From a virus (lineage: Duplodnaviria; Caudoviricetes): 64,000 nucleotides of DNA. A program made the position numbers and the translations under genes. Positions within the stretch are counted from its first letter, which is position 1. Each line of letters begins with the position of its first letter. Location: IMG/VR virus record IMGVR_UViG_3300030330_001640, positions 3,123 to 67,122 of that record, one strand, 5' to 3'. The notes beneath the pieces are model-generated. The model had not been told where the DNA came from. It saw nothing but the letters and a program-made list of their open reading frames with translations, and did not search any database. Positions 62,606 through 64,000 of this stretch are shown here, one piece after another.

Positions 62606-63231
62606 ATTTCTTCGTTTAATCTTTCTTTCTCTTGTTTTAATTCGTCATTCATGTGACGATATATTGTCCTTGGTGTTACATTTAACATTTTTGCAAGCTT
62701 TGATATTATTATCTTATAACCTTCGTAATTAATTTGTATCATAGCTTCATATATATCTGACTTATCTATACCATTCATTTTACCTATTAATTGGCCTACA
62801 ATGCTTAACTTCTCTGATTTAGTTAACCCGCAGTTCCACTTAAATATAATCTTTCTAAGTTTATTTGTTGGTGGTTGTTCTAAATCTACAACACTTAAAT
62901 CATTTATAAGTCTAGCTACATTCCATTTATTAATATTAAAAGTAACAAAACCATTTTGCCTGTCAGTTATATACATCGCAATATCCATAGCATCGTGCTC
63001 GTCCCAATCAGGATTTAAATACCACAATACTAACATGTGCCATTTTAAACTTCTGTAAGTTGTTATTTTAGCTTTACTTCTAAAAAGATTATAACACTGG
63101 TATGTACCATTTTTATAGAACATGTACTTGTCTGTTTCTATATCAGGTATATCTGTAACTGGTTCTCTTCTCCATATTACACGTTTATGTATTAAATAAT
63201 CAAATCGTCTTTCCATGTTACTATATGACAT
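62602..63231 (-). CDS. DNA-binding protein with C-terminal HTH; possible replication-related protein
   Basis: ISKLAKMLNVTPRTIYRHM HTH; start codon overlapped by the inverted-repeat element. Confidence 0.6.
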   Translation of the reverse strand: MSYSNMERRFDYLIHKRVIWRREPVTDIPDIETDKYMFYKNGTYQCYNLFRSKAKITTYRSLKWHMLVLWYLNPDWDEHDAMDIAMYITDRQNGFVTFNINKWNVARLINDLSVVDLEQPPTNKLRKIIFKWNCGLTKSEKLSIVGQLIGKMNGIDKSDIYEAMIQINYEGYKIIISKLAKMLNVTPRTIYRHMNDELKQEKERLNEEI

Positions 63232-63271
63232 AAGCCTGTTACTATTTAGATCTTTTCAGGCTGTTGTCACA
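63224..63271. repeat. conserved inverted-repeat element, copy 2
   Basis: TGACATAAGCCTG ... CAGGCTGTTGTCA (11/13 inverted match); TATGACA-N26-CAGGC-N3-TGTCACA. Confidence 0.65.
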
Positions 63272-63370
63272 GTTTGGTTTTAAGGTTCCTATAATAATTC
63301 TTTTAGAATTATTTTTTTTATAGGGTATTTTGTTAAACTTATCTATTGTTAGTTTTAATCTTTTATTCAT
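63242..63370 (-). CDS. small basic hypothetical protein (42 aa)
   Basis: MNKRLKLTIDKF...; overlaps the upstream ORF. Confidence 0.4.
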   Translation of the reverse strand: MNKRLKLTIDKFNKIPYKKNNSKRIIIGTLKPNCDNSLKRSK

Positions 63371-63473
63371 AATACTTTGCATTTTCTTCCCAGCAATCAC
63401 TACAACAACTAGGGTGATCACCTACGGTTAATTCCGCACCGCAGTGGTCACAATCTGGTTTATCTTTATTCAT
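63363..63473 (-). CDS. small zinc-ribbon protein (36 aa)
   Basis: MNKDKPDCDHCG...CCSDCWE; CxxC..CxxC. Confidence 0.55.
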   Translation of the reverse strand: MNKDKPDCDHCGAELTVGDHPSCCSDCWEENAKYYE

Positions 63474-64000
63474 AATTTCTTATACATTTAAATAGCGGGT
63501 GTCGGTAACTACCTGCTTTAGTTCTTTCAAAAAAAGTGAAGGTGGCACGTTGGCCCATATATTCATGGATATTTTCTAAAATTCTTGCAAGATCTTTATA
63601 ATTATGACCTTTACCTGGTGGACAACCGAACTGGTTACCATCATCATCTTGCATTAGAAACTTACCTAACGTACCGGCTCTCTTGCCTTTACCTTCCTCA
63701 TAACCAACTATATTAGCTTCAGCATCTTCAAAATCTTTGAACTTTCTAAGACTATGTGAACGCTTACATTGATAAGGTGTATCTAATCTTACAATAGAAC
63801 CTTCGTAACCAGCTTTTAAATTAACCGCGTGAGTTAATCTAGCACCATCTTCAGATGTCATTTGTACAGTTGGTACTGTTATAACACAGTAGCTTTCTTG
63901 CAAATTATCTTTAATCCACTTGTCACGTGTACTAAACTTCATCTTTTTATTTACAATGTCATAACAATGAAATTGTACGTTATCGCGTGATTTAGCACGT
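63466..64000 (-). CDS. ATP-dependent DNA ligase, C-terminal part (5' end beyond the window)
   Basis: GYEGSIVR, KRS..L.K.K, OB-fold GKGK..GTLG, YRHP; frame stays open from 63942 to 64000 (..FHCYD..). Confidence 0.9.
   Translation of the reverse strand, partial: RAKSRDNVQFHCYDIVNKKMKFSTRDKWIKDNLQESYCVITVPTVQMTSEDGARLTHAVNLKAGYEGSIVRLDTPYQCKRSHSLRKFKDFEDAEANIVGYEEGKGKRAGTLGKFLMQDDDGNQFGCPPGKGHNYKDLARILENIHEYMGQRATFTFFERTKAGSYRHPLFKCIRNYE

Noticed and set aside
1-64000. stop-codon reassignment
   Set aside because: Standard-code ORFs tile both arms densely, including 6.5-kb and 10.5-kb frames, and TAG is used as a normal stop

Overview
The window is a large part of the genome of an AT-rich, apparently lytic, tailed dsDNA phage. 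The podovirus-type gene order and GroEL/GroES pair resemble marine Flavobacteriia phages (Cellulophaga phi38:1-like; from recall, not searched). A Bacteroidota host is supported by A-rich starts without Shine-Dalgarno motifs, signal peptides followed by Gln, a T9SS-like C-terminal domain and an Hc1 histone-like gene. Layout: (i) 1-3.3 kb, minus-strand small early genes with tRNA-Arg(UCU); (ii) 3.3-3.87 kb, a non-coding switch region with repeated promoters, an inverted-repeat element and a dense G-tract; (iii) 3.87-53.1 kb, a plus-strand morphogenesis arm (chaperonins, holin, terminase, portal, scaffold, major capsid, tail rings and nozzle, ejection proteins including a 3522-aa multidomain protein, envelope genes, basic proteins); (iv) 53.1-64 kb, a minus-strand replication and nucleotide arm (NrdJ, endonuclease, MazG-like proteins, T4 gp42-like enzyme, primase-helicase, SSB, RecE-like nuclease, ERF, sigma factor, nucleotidase, ligase cut by the window edge). 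Strongest leads: otherwise unrelated basic proteins sharing an MAFKMKG leader and punctuated by S-P/A-hydrophobic-K/N linkers (candidate capsid-cargo targeting and polyprotein processing system); a secreted beta-barrel / T9SS-cargo / thioredoxin-fold module; a dCMP-hydroxymethylase-type nucleotide module; a Hedgehog-type Hint protein before the giant ejection protein; a P-loop kinase nested inside a HAD phosphatase; and two copies of a conserved inverted-repeat element. All family assignments come from motifs read by eye; no database search was run.
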